A DNA stretch of 39,263 nucleotides from positions 1 to 39,263 of the forward strand of contig JBGPFS010000002.1 in assembly GCA_041483455.1 (NCBI GenBank), in the 5' to 3' direction. Positions within the stretch are counted from its first letter, which is position 1. Each line of letters starts with the position of its first letter. Under the pieces are notes generated by a model. That model was not told the DNA's origin and searched no databases. It saw only the letters and a list, made by a program, of their open reading frames with translations. A program made the position numbers and the translations under genes. Origin of the DNA: Candidatus Limnocylindria bacterium (lineage in GTDB: Bacteria > Chloroflexota > Limnocylindria > Limnocylindrales > CSP1-4). This document shows positions 1 through 8,111 of this stretch, in pieces.

Positions 1-293
1 AGCGCGCCGCCGACGATCGCCGAATCGCGCCACTCCCGGGCCGTGGGAAGTCGAGCGCGGTCCGCCTCCGGGATCGTGGGATCGCCGCGCCGGCGCGCCG
101 CCAGCGCCAGCTCCACGGCGACGAGCGTCGAGCCCGAGATGAGGAATCGGACACCGGCCATGAGGAACGGCGGGATCGTCTCGACCGCCACCCGGATCCC
201 GAGGTAGGTCGAGCCCCACACGAGATAGAGCGTGAAGAGCCCAGTCCAGATGGCCATCGACCCGGCTGCCGGGCGGGCAGGCAGGGTCGTCAT
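1..293 (-). CDS. EamA/DMT-family transporter, N-terminal part only (gene runs off the left edge)
   Basis: Reverse translation from ATG 293 gives MTTLPARPAAGSMAIWTGLFTLYLVWGSTYLGIRVAVETIPPFLMAGVRFLISG..., a typical first EamA repeat. It is absent from the ORF track because it is truncated. There is an alternative in-frame ATG at 257. Confidence 0.7.
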   Translation of the reverse strand, partial: MTTLPARPAAGSMAIWTGLFTLYLVWGSTYLGIRVAVETIPPFLMAGVRFLISGSTLVAVELALAARRRGDPTIPEADRARLPTAREWRDSAIVGGA

Positions 294-393
294 CACGGAA
301 CTTGGCCGAGTCGCCTGGTCCAAGTCGTCAGCATACATGGCCATGGGCGAGCGGGTCCCGGCGCGTCGCCGACCCTCGGATGGTGGCCGGGCA

Positions 394-1212
394 TCACGCG
401 GCGATGGCAGGCCGGCACTCGAGACACGCCCGGTACCCCGCCCGAACGCCGTCCGCCGCGGAGCGGAACGGGACACGGTGCCGGTCCGCGATCCGACGGG
501 CGTTGTGGCAGGTCGGCAGGCAGAAGATGCGCGTGGTATCCGAGCCGAGGTAGCGGACCCCGGCCCGGGCCAGCGACTCGAGCCCGTCCGGATCGAGCCC
601 CTCGCTCGCGAGGAGGGCCCGCTTGTTGATCGGTCCGCCGAGCGAGTACTGGCCGATCGAGCCGTCGCTCCGGACGACCCGGTGACAGGGCACGATGAGC
701 GGCACGGGATTGTGGCCGAGTGCGGTGCCGACCGCCCGGACGGCGTTCGGGCGGCCGATCTCCGCGGCGATCCAGCCGTACGGCCGGACCTCCCCGTGCG
801 GGATCTCGAGCGCCTTCGCCCAGACCTCGCGCTCGAAGTCGGTGTGTCCGCGCAGGTCGAGCGGTACCCGGACCCGCCGGTCGCCCGCGAGCCGACGCCG
901 GATCGCCGAAGCCAGGCGAGTGGGAAGCTCGATCGCGCGATGCGCGGCTCGGGCATGGGTCGCCCGGAACCAGGCCTCGAACGCGGGGTCGTCCGGGGCG
1001 TCCTCGACCGCCGAGACGCCCAGCCCATTGAAGGCGACCCGGACCTCGCCGATGGCGGTCGCGAGCGGGGCATACGCGTCGGCCAGCCCGACGGCGATGA
1101 GCGTCGCGGGGACGAGCGTCGCGGGGCCGGCGACGCGCCGGGCGCCGAGGAGGGACTCGAGGTCGTCGGCCTCGACGACGGGGTCGCCAAGGGAGTGGAT
1201 CGGCGGGTTCAT
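394..1212 (-). CDS. ogt: Methylated-DNA-protein-cysteine methyltransferase (Ogt/MGMT) with an additional C-terminal Ada-type Zn(Cys4) module
   Basis: Track ORF 394..1596(-) trimmed to ATG 1212, with GGAGG about 7 nt upstream and an ATGA overlap with the sigma stop. MGMT motifs are present: FEREVW..IPHGEVRPYGWIA and NPVPLIVPCHRVV. The C-terminus RIFCLPTCHNARRI...GYRACLECRP has CxxxC...CxxC spacing as in the Ada N-domain. Confidence 0.85.
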   Translation of the reverse strand: MNPPIHSLGDPVVEADDLESLLGARRVAGPATLVPATLIAVGLADAYAPLATAIGEVRVAFNGLGVSAVEDAPDDPAFEAWFRATHARAAHRAIELPTRLASAIRRRLAGDRRVRVPLDLRGHTDFEREVWAKALEIPHGEVRPYGWIAAEIGRPNAVRAVGTALGHNPVPLIVPCHRVVRSDGSIGQYSLGGPINKRALLASEGLDPDGLESLARAGVRYLGSDTTRIFCLPTCHNARRIADRHRVPFRSAADGVRAGYRACLECRPAIAA

Positions 1213-1814
1213 CGGAGGGCCTCCTGGGTCCGGCTGGGGGGAGCGGTCTCGGCCTCGAGCGCCGCCCGGAGCAGCGCGAGGCCGCGATGGACCTGCGCCT
1301 TGACCGTGCCTGTCGGTCGGCCGAGGACGTCGGCCGTCTCGTCGTATGAGAGTCCGTCGACGCAACGCAGGACCAGCGGCCCGCGGTACCGCTCGGGGAG
1401 GGCCAGGAATCGCGCCGCCCATGCCTCCCCGGCCTCGCGCCGGTCGAGGCGTCCATGCGGCGTCTCGCGTTCCCGCCCGGCGGGCTCGGCCAGCCTCGGA
1501 TGGGTCAGCTCGTGGGCGAGACTGGTCGTGGCGGGGCGCACCGCCCGGGCGCGAGCTCGGTTGCGGGCCAGGTTGACGACGATGCTGGCGAGCCACGGTC
1601 GAAGAGCGACGTCGCGGATCCGCGCCGCCTCCCAGCTGCCGAGGGCCCGGTAGGCCCGGACGAGCGCGTCCTGGACGAGGTCCTCGGCGTCGGCGGGCGA
1701 GCCGGTCAGCCGGAGCGCGATGGCGTACAGGCGGTCCGAGTGGGCGCGGACGAGCGCCTCGAAGGCGCCGTCGAGGTCGATGGCCAGGCGGGCGGTCAGC
1801 TCGGGTTCATCCAT
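1209..1814 (-). CDS. ECF-type (sigma-70 family) RNA polymerase sigma factor
   Basis: Track ORF 1209..2075(-). Region 2 is present (DAEDLVQDALVRAY, RPWLASIVVNLARN), as is the region 4 HTH (LSYDETADVLGRPTGTVKAQVHRG). I set the start at ATG 1814 (MDEPEL...) because a TGTTATCAA -10-like element lies 7 nt upstream. In-frame ATG 1865 is the alternative. Confidence 0.85.
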   Translation of the reverse strand: MDEPELTARLAIDLDGAFEALVRAHSDRLYAIALRLTGSPADAEDLVQDALVRAYRALGSWEAARIRDVALRPWLASIVVNLARNRARARAVRPATTSLAHELTHPRLAEPAGRERETPHGRLDRREAGEAWAARFLALPERYRGPLVLRCVDGLSYDETADVLGRPTGTVKAQVHRGLALLRAALEAETAPPSRTQEALR

Positions 1815-1821
1815 CTCGGCG

Positions 1822-1827
1822 TTGATA
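1822..1827 (-). promoter_or_regulatory. Predicted extended -10 (TGtTATCAA) for the sigma factor gene; near-leaderless
   Basis: Minus strand reads cgTGtTATCAAcgccgagATG. This is an AT-rich island in GC-rich DNA, with a 7-nt spacer to ATG 1814. Confidence 0.45.
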
Positions 1828-1897
1828 ACACGCCGTGCCGGCCTTCCGTTGCGTTCCACGACCATCGCGCTCTGGAGCCACCCGGAGCGGCCCCGCG

Positions 1898-2647
1898 TCA
1901 GGCGGCCGGTGCCCCGCGGGCCAGCCGGCTCACATCGAACCGGACGACCGGTCCGTGGCCCCGGATCAGCTCGGTCTCGCCGGTCGGCTGGACGAGGAAG
2001 ATCCAGACGTCCCAGGTCGTGTGGCTGACGATGAGCGCTCCGAGCGGCACCCCCGCGGCGTACAGCGCGCACCAATGGGCACCCGCCAGCCCGGCGGCCC
2101 CGAACAGGGTGAAGTTGCCGGTCACGACATGGACGCCCCCGTAGACGAGCGCGGCGAGGGCGGCGCCCGGCCAGCGCCCGAACCGACGCATCAGCGTGTC
2201 CTGGACCAGGCCGCGCCAGAACAGCTCCTCGGCCGGTCCGACGATCGTGGCCAGTCTGAGTGCGATCTCGGGCTTCGGGCGCAGGGCCCGGAGCGAGTAG
2301 ATCTCGCGGATCTCGTCGTCGCCGCCAGGGATCACCCCCCGGGCGAAGCGGTCGCCCTGCCGGAAGGTCAGGTACAGGACGAACGCCGACAGCCAGCCCG
2401 CGACGAGGTGACCCGGCCGGATGCGAGCGCGACGGGCGGCCGGGGAGGTCAGCAGCGCGAACCCGCCCAGCCCGATCCCCGTGAGCGTCATCCGGCTCCA
2501 GAATCGCGAACGCGGCCCGTTGAACGTGGCCGAGAAGGCGGCCAGGGCCGCCCCGAGCGCGACGAGCAGCACGACACCGCCGGGCGCGTCCTCCGCCGGC
2601 TCCGTCCCGACCGGCCCGGTGCCGCCCCGGCGCCTCCGCCTAGCCAC
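1898..2647 (-). CDS. CPBP-family (CAAX/Abi-type) intramembrane metalloprotease
   Basis: Multi-TM protein with the three CPBP motifs: EELFWRG (EExxxR), YGGVH, and SHTTWD (HxxxD). GTG start at 2647 overlaps the stop of the upstream gene by 8 nt. Confidence 0.85.
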   Translation of the reverse strand: MARRRRRGGTGPVGTEPAEDAPGGVVLLVALGAALAAFSATFNGPRSRFWSRMTLTGIGLGGFALLTSPAARRARIRPGHLVAGWLSAFVLYLTFRQGDRFARGVIPGGDDEIREIYSLRALRPKPEIALRLATIVGPAEELFWRGLVQDTLMRRFGRWPGAALAALVYGGVHVVTGNFTLFGAAGLAGAHWCALYAAGVPLGALIVSHTTWDVWIFLVQPTGETELIRGHGPVVRFDVSRLARGAPAA

Positions 2648-4697
2648 GGAAGGCGGCCAGGCCGGAGAGCAGGATCCCGGCCACGAGCAGCCCGCCGAAT
2701 GCCAGGTGGAGCCGGGCGGTCTGGAGATCGATCAGGGCGATCGCCCGCTGCTGTCCGCTCGCACCCAGCTCGGCCGACCGGATGACCTGGGCGAGGTAGG
2801 GCAGCGAGACGATCGCCAGCAGCGTCTGGGCCGGGACGAGCCGGAACGCCACCGCGAGTCCCAGCGCGATGTAGGCCCCCAGGACGAGGCCCACATAGCT
2901 GAGGTGCGCCCAGGAGCGCCCGACCCGGGCCGAGAGGGTCAGGATGCCGGCCCGGGTGTCCTCGGAGATGTCGCGCCACTCGTTGCCATGGAGGATCGCC
3001 GCGACGAGCAATCCGACCGGGATCGAGATGACGAGGGCGGTCGACGACCAGGTCCCGGTGACCGCGAAGTAGCCGCCGAGGACCATCAGCGGGCCCATCA
3101 GGAGGAAGACCAGCGGGACGCCCAGGGCGTGGAACTTGTACTGGAACGGCGGGGCCGTGTAGAAGTAGCCGCCCGCCAGGCCGGCGACTCCCAGCGCCAC
3201 GATGACCGGACCGCGCACGGCGATCAGCCAGATCCCGAGGAGGACGGCCACGGCGAAGGCCGCGAAGGCCAGGCCGAAGGCGCTCCGCTCGCTCATGCGC
3301 CCCTTGAGGAGTGCGTGGCTCGCCCGGGGCGAGGTGATCGTGTCGATCCCCTGGCGGATGTCGTAGATCTCGTTGATGACGTTCGTCCCGGTGTGCAGGA
3401 GGACGGAGCCGAACAGCGCCGCGAGGAACGGCGGCCAGGCGAACCGGCCGTCGACCGCGGCCAGCGCCCCCGCGGCGGCGACCGGGACGATCGATGCGGT
3501 GTAGGCGAACGGCCGGATGATCTCCCAGACGGCGCCACCCCGCCGGTGCAGCCAACCCGCCCGCCCGAGTCGGCGGTCGTCGGCGAGCGCGGCGCCGGAG
3601 CCGGCCACGGACGTCTCGACGCTCGCGGCCTCGGCGCCCACTCGACCGGCGGCCGTGAGCGGCAGCGTGGCGTACAGGCCGGCAGCGGCCACCAGCTCGT
3701 CGATCTGCTTGTCCTCCTGGAGAACGGGCTGGAGGAGCGGCAGGCGGAGACCGGCTTCGACGTGGAAGGCGAGCGCCTTGGCCGCGACGTCCTCGCGCGT
3801 CCCGCACAGCATGAACGCGTCGAGGAGCTCATCGGGGATGAGGTTCCCGGCGCCGTGGTAGTCCTCGGCCCGCCAGGCCGCGGCGATCCTGTCCCGAAGC
3901 TCGGGGTCGAAGCCCGCTCGCCGGAGCGACACGTCGGACAGGACCGACATCATGTAGATGACGAACGGCTCGCGCTTCGCCCGGTTGAGGGCCTCGCGCC
4001 GGGTGGCGTCGACGAGCGACAGCAGGTACCCGGCGGTCTCGAGGTCGCCCGGGTCGCGGCCGGCTTCTCGGGCCGCGTCGGCGAGGCGTCCGAGGATGCC
4101 CCTGAGCGACGGGATCGACTCGGCCGGCCGGGCCAGGTAGCCGTCGGCCTTCTGGCCGGCCAGCGCCACGAACTCCTTGCGGTAGGCCGCGATGTGGATC
4201 GGGATCCGGTGGGTGGGGGCGAACATCGGCTGGATGGGGGGCAGCCCGGGAGTCGCGGACGGGAGCCGCTCGCCCCGCCACAGGAGCCGGATCTGGTCGA
4301 TCGCCTCCGAGACGCGTGTGACCGCGCTCTCGGGGTCGTACGGGATGCCCATCTGCTTGAGACGGAGGGGCAGCCCCGTGCCGATCCCCATCACGATCCG
4401 TCCGGGCAGGAGCTCATCGAGCGCGGCACCGGTCATGGCCAGGACCACCGGGTGCCGGGTGAACGGGTTGACGGCGCCGAGCGCCACCCGGAAGCCGTCC
4501 TCGGCGTCGTCGCCCTCCGCAGCGAGCGCGCTCGCCACGGCCGACCCGAAGCTGACCGCGTCCCGCTCGTAGTACGAATCGTGGATCCAGATCGAGTCGA
4601 GGCCCGAGTCGCGGGCCTGGCGGGACCAGCGGATCACGTCGTCGATGTCGCCACGTGCGGCCAGGCCGAGGCCGATCGGGCGGGCGAGGGTGCGCAT
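2640..4697 (-). CDS. Fusion protein: N-terminal luciferase-like (LLM, F420-type) oxidoreductase plus C-terminal UbiA-superfamily, MenA-like prenyltransferase
   Basis: Single uninterrupted 685-aa ORF. The N-terminal ~340 aa look LLM-like (DSIWIHDSYYERD, NPFTRHPVVLAMTGAALDELLPGRIVMGIGTG). The C-terminal ~310 aa are polytopic and carry MenA-type motifs NEIYDIRQGID and NEWRDISEDTRAGILTL. SD GGAGGAG lies 4 nt before ATG 4697. Confidence 0.85.
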   Translation of the reverse strand: MRTLARPIGLGLAARGDIDDVIRWSRQARDSGLDSIWIHDSYYERDAVSFGSAVASALAAEGDDAEDGFRVALGAVNPFTRHPVVLAMTGAALDELLPGRIVMGIGTGLPLRLKQMGIPYDPESAVTRVSEAIDQIRLLWRGERLPSATPGLPPIQPMFAPTHRIPIHIAAYRKEFVALAGQKADGYLARPAESIPSLRGILGRLADAAREAGRDPGDLETAGYLLSLVDATRREALNRAKREPFVIYMMSVLSDVSLRRAGFDPELRDRIAAAWRAEDYHGAGNLIPDELLDAFMLCGTREDVAAKALAFHVEAGLRLPLLQPVLQEDKQIDELVAAAGLYATLPLTAAGRVGAEAASVETSVAGSGAALADDRRLGRAGWLHRRGGAVWEIIRPFAYTASIVPVAAAGALAAVDGRFAWPPFLAALFGSVLLHTGTNVINEIYDIRQGIDTITSPRASHALLKGRMSERSAFGLAFAAFAVAVLLGIWLIAVRGPVIVALGVAGLAGGYFYTAPPFQYKFHALGVPLVFLLMGPLMVLGGYFAVTGTWSSTALVISIPVGLLVAAILHGNEWRDISEDTRAGILTLSARVGRSWAHLSYVGLVLGAYIALGLAVAFRLVPAQTLLAIVSLPYLAQVIRSAELGASGQQRAIALIDLQTARLHLAFGGLLVAGILLSGLAAFRG

Positions 4698-4739
4698 GGG
4701 GCTCCTCCGGGGGTCGGGAGGTCGGGACGGCCTGGGCGG

Positions 4740-4745
4740 ATGGTA
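4740..4745 (-). promoter_or_regulatory. Candidate -10 (TACCAT) for the LLM-MenA / CPBP / sigma / ogt operon (leadered)
   Basis: The minus strand has TACCAT about 43 nt upstream of ATG 4697. The predicted leader contains the GGAGGAG SD. Confidence 0.35.
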
Positions 4746-4852
4746 CCGCTCCGCGGCCTCACCTGCTACTTCGCGGGAGCGGGTTACCCGGATGCCGACC
4801 AGCGCGAACGAACGCCTGGGGGGTCGGACCGGCGTGCGACAATCTGGCCACG

Positions 4853-5866
4853 ATGCCCATCGACGAGCGCTTTGCCGACCTCGCCTCGAGCCTGGCCGGG
4901 TTCTACCGGGCCTGGGCGATCCATCTGGGCCTGGAGCTGGGGCTGTTCCGCCGGATCCGCGCCGCCGGGCCGGCCGGGATCACGGGCGACGGACTGGCCA
5001 CGCTGGCCGGCTGCACGCCCGACGCGGTCGAGGTCTGGCTCCGCCTCGCCCACGCGGTCGACCTCGTGGAGATCGACGACGCTCGAGCCACGCTCGATCC
5101 CGCGGTCGCCGCGATCCTCCTCGACGACGAGCGCCCCGAGTTCCTCGGCGGACAGTTCACCTCGACCGTCGTGAGCAGCCTCGACTACGACCGGATGGCC
5201 GAGTGGTTCCGGACCGGCCGTCCGATCCCGGAGCGTCCGCCCCGCTTCCATCGGTCGATCGAGGCGGTCACGGCCCAGGACATCGCCGTCTTCTTCGCGG
5301 AGGCGCTGGCGGCCCTGCCGGACCTGGCGGCCGAGCTGCTGGCCGGCGCCCGGATCCTCGACGTCGCCTGTGGCGGCGGTCGATGGCTCGTGGCGGTCGC
5401 TCGGCGGTTCCCGGCGGTCACGCTCGTGGGGGTCGAGTTCGAGCCGGATTCGGTCGCCCGGGCGATGCGCCTGGTGACCGAGACCGGGCTCGGCGACCGG
5501 ATCACCATCGAGGCTCGGGAGCCGCTCGAGCTGCCCTACGGGCCCACCTTCGACCTGGCCTACTTCCAGGACGCGCTGCACGACCTGCCCGATCCAGTGG
5601 GCGCCCTGCGGTCCGCCTGGTCGACCGTGCGGCCGGGCGGCCGCCTGCTCGTCCTCGACTGGTGCCTGCCGGCCGACCTCGAGGAGTCGCGCTCGCTCCA
5701 GGGCGCGCTGCTGTGGGGGATCCAGCTCGACCAGCGCTACCAGGGCACCAGGATGTGGGACCACGCCGGGTTCAGTGGGCTCTTCGCGGCCGCTGGGATC
5801 CAAGCTCCGACCGTCGTCGACCTGCCGTCCGGCGCGACCATCTTCGTGGCGGTCCGGCCGGCCTGA
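4853..5866 (+). CDS. Class I SAM-dependent methyltransferase with an N-terminal winged-helix/dimerisation domain (O-methyltransferase-like)
   Basis: Track ORF 4655..5866 trimmed to ATG 4853 (MPIDERF...), because the preceding residues are low-complexity. SAM motif I ILDVACGGGRW is present, followed by RPGGRLLVLDW. Confidence 0.8.
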   Translation: MPIDERFADLASSLAGFYRAWAIHLGLELGLFRRIRAAGPAGITGDGLATLAGCTPDAVEVWLRLAHAVDLVEIDDARATLDPAVAAILLDDERPEFLGGQFTSTVVSSLDYDRMAEWFRTGRPIPERPPRFHRSIEAVTAQDIAVFFAEALAALPDLAAELLAGARILDVACGGGRWLVAVARRFPAVTLVGVEFEPDSVARAMRLVTETGLGDRITIEAREPLELPYGPTFDLAYFQDALHDLPDPVGALRSAWSTVRPGGRLLVLDWCLPADLEESRSLQGALLWGIQLDQRYQGTRMWDHAGFSGLFAAAGIQAPTVVDLPSGATIFVAVRPA

Positions 5867-5877
5867 GCGGCCGCGGG

Positions 5878-6399
5878 ATGATGCCTCTGGCCTGGCCGCC
5901 GGACGAGGGTGCCGTGCTGGCGGCGGTCCTGGACCGGCTCGATCGAGGGGCGCCTGGCCTCGAGGAAGCGCGTCTGGCTGCGATCGGCTGGGCCACCCTG
6001 GAGCTCGACCGGGCCGTGGCGGCCTTCGCGCCGGTCGCATTCTCGGCTGCGGCGCCCGACCGGCTTCTCGGCGCCCGCGCGCTCGTCGGTCGGCCCGCGG
6101 AGGAGGGCCCGGCGCTGATCCTCCTCGAGCCGTCGACCGAAGGCCGGCTCGCCGCGCACCTGGCCCGGTCCGGCGAGGGCCCGGCCGTCGCCTACCTCGA
6201 CCTCGGCGGGGTCGGCCTGGCGAGGGCAGCGGAGGCGTTTCGGGCACGCGGAGCGAGTCTCCGCTCGGCGATCGACGGTCCGCTCGGCGCGGCGATCCGG
6301 ATCGCCGGCGGATGGTCCGCCGCTCGGCCGTTGGGGTGGGAGCTCATCCTCGTGGCCGTCGAGCGGGGTACCATCCCTCCATGGTCGAGACGACCCTGA
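5878..6399 (+). CDS. Hypothetical protein, glyoxalase/VOC-like fold suspected
   Basis: This is the tail of track ORF 4645..6399, starting at ATG 5878, 11 nt after the methyltransferase stop. The protein-like sequence includes IGWATLELDRA and LLEPSTEGRLAAHLARSGEGP, and GC3 is high. Confidence 0.6.
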   Translation: MMPLAWPPDEGAVLAAVLDRLDRGAPGLEEARLAAIGWATLELDRAVAAFAPVAFSAAAPDRLLGARALVGRPAEEGPALILLEPSTEGRLAAHLARSGEGPAVAYLDLGGVGLARAAEAFRARGASLRSAIDGPLGAAIRIAGGWSAARPLGWELILVAVERGTIPPWSRRP

Positions 6400-6818
6400 C
6401 CCTGCGCGAAGCGACCGCCGCGGATGCCCCGCGGATCGCCGCCCTCTTCACCGACGAGGCCTACCCTGCCGGGAGCAGCCAGGTGGCGGCTCGGCTCGAG
6501 CGCGTCGCCGCAGCCGGCGGCTCGGTCGTCGTCGCGGAGAGCGGGGGCGAGCTGCTCGGCTTCATCGCGTTCACGGTCGTGCCGCGCTTCGAGCATGACG
6601 ACACGTTCGTCCGGATCCTCGCCCTCCTGGTCGACCCGGGGGTCCGCGACCGAGGCGTCGGGCAGGCGCTGATGACCGAGGCCGAGCGGATCGGGGCCGG
6701 GATCGGGGCGGCGTTCGTGGAGATCACCGCGGGTCATCACCGACCCGAGGCGCGGCGTCTCTACGAGCGGATCGGCTACGACGCCGGTCTGACGACCTAT
6801 CTCCGGAAGCGTCTCTGA
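6381..6818 (+). CDS. GNAT-family N-acetyltransferase
   Basis: Tail of track ORF 5775..6818 from ATG 6381 (MVETTLTLREAT...). The acetyl-CoA motif LLVDPGVRDRGVGQALMTEAE is present. Confidence 0.8.
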   Translation: MVETTLTLREATAADAPRIAALFTDEAYPAGSSQVAARLERVAAAGGSVVVAESGGELLGFIAFTVVPRFEHDDTFVRILALLVDPGVRDRGVGQALMTEAERIGAGIGAAFVEITAGHHRPEARRLYERIGYDAGLTTYLRKRL

Positions 6819-7027
6819 GCGGCGCGTCCTCGGCGGAGACCCTTCCGTCCCTCCGGCTTCGCCGAGCCAGCACCCGGCTCCTGGAGCTGCCGTGGTCGCA
6901 GCCCCTCGCCGAGTGGCCGGCGGACGAGCTCGGGCTGCGCGACCTGCCGGTCGGCCCGTCGCGCCACCTGGTCCGGTTCGTCCCCGACGGAGCGACCCTC
7001 CACGCGGTCAAGGAGGAGCCGCTCGAG

Positions 7028-8107
7028 GTGGCCCGTCGCGAGTACGCAGTCCTCCGCCACCTCGAGACGCTCGGTCTGCCGGCGGTCGTGCCGGTCGGGC
7101 TGGCCGAATCCCCCGAGCGCGGGACCGCGATGCTCGTCACCGAGTACCTCGCCCACTCCATCCAGTACCGGCGCCTGCTGATGCGGCTGCCGGCCGGACC
7201 GGGCGGCCACCGCGACCGGCTGCTCGATGCGATGGCCTCGCTCCTCGTCGACCTCCACCGGGGCGGCGTGTTCTGGGGCGATTGCTCGCTCGCGAACACC
7301 CTGTTCCGGCGCGACGGCGACCGGATCCAGGCCTCCCTCGTGGACGCGGAGACGAGCGAGGTCCAGCCGAGCCTGTCGAACGGCCAGCGCTCGCACGACC
7401 TCGACATCCTGGTGGAGAACGTCGCCTTCGGCCTGGCCGACCTGGCCATCCTGCGAGCCGACCAGGCGGCCGGGCTCGGACGGGCGAGCTCGCCCGAGAG
7501 CGGCGGCCGCGAGCCCCTGCCCCCCGGCGATCCCTTCGACGAGGCGATCGCGGCGGCCGAAGGCGTCCGCCAGCGCTACGAGGCGCTCTGGGACGAGCTC
7601 CATGCGGAACATGAGCTCCGACCCGACGACCGGCATGCGGTCCGGTCTCGGGTCCGACGGCTCAACGACCTCGGCTTCTCGGTCGACGAGATCGCCCTCG
7701 AGCCAGGCGCGACGGGCGATCGACTGCGGCTCCGGGTGGCGGTCACGACCCGCCGCTTCCATGCCCAGGAGCTCGAGCGCCGGACCGGGCTGGTCGCGCT
7801 CGAGGGGCAGGCCCGGTTGCTGATGAACGATCTGCGCGAGTACGGGTCCTGGCTCGCCTGGGCCGAGGATCGCCCGATCGATGAAGTCATGGCGGCCAGC
7901 CGGTGGCTTGCCGAGGTCTACGCTCCGGTCGTCGCGCGGCTGACCGAGGTCGTCCGGGCCGACCGCGACCTGGTCCAGGCCTACTGCGACGTCCTCGAGC
8001 ACAAGTGGCTCGAGTCGGAGTGGATCGGTCGGGACGTGGGTCTGGCGGCGGCGCTGGAGTCCTACGTCGCGCTCGGCGCGCCCTCACCTGAAGAGCCCGT
8101 CGGGTAG
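7028..8107 (+). CDS. DUF4032 protein (Kdo/RIO-like kinase fold plus DUF4032); the real N-terminus very probably lies upstream (about 6815), see findings
   Basis: Track ORF 7028..8107 (GTG). Family-typical sequences are GGVFWGDCSLANTLFRRDG and LVDAETSE. The in-frame sequence 6821-7027 is also coding-like (..LLELPWSQPLAEWP..SRHLVRFV..HAVKEE..). Confidence 0.85.
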   Translation: MARREYAVLRHLETLGLPAVVPVGLAESPERGTAMLVTEYLAHSIQYRRLLMRLPAGPGGHRDRLLDAMASLLVDLHRGGVFWGDCSLANTLFRRDGDRIQASLVDAETSEVQPSLSNGQRSHDLDILVENVAFGLADLAILRADQAAGLGRASSPESGGREPLPPGDPFDEAIAAAEGVRQRYEALWDELHAEHELRPDDRHAVRSRVRRLNDLGFSVDEIALEPGATGDRLRLRVAVTTRRFHAQELERRTGLVALEGQARLLMNDLREYGSWLAWAEDRPIDEVMAASRWLAEVYAPVVARLTEVVRADRDLVQAYCDVLEHKWLESEWIGRDVGLAAALESYVALGAPSPEEPVG

Positions 8108-8111
8108 GCCG

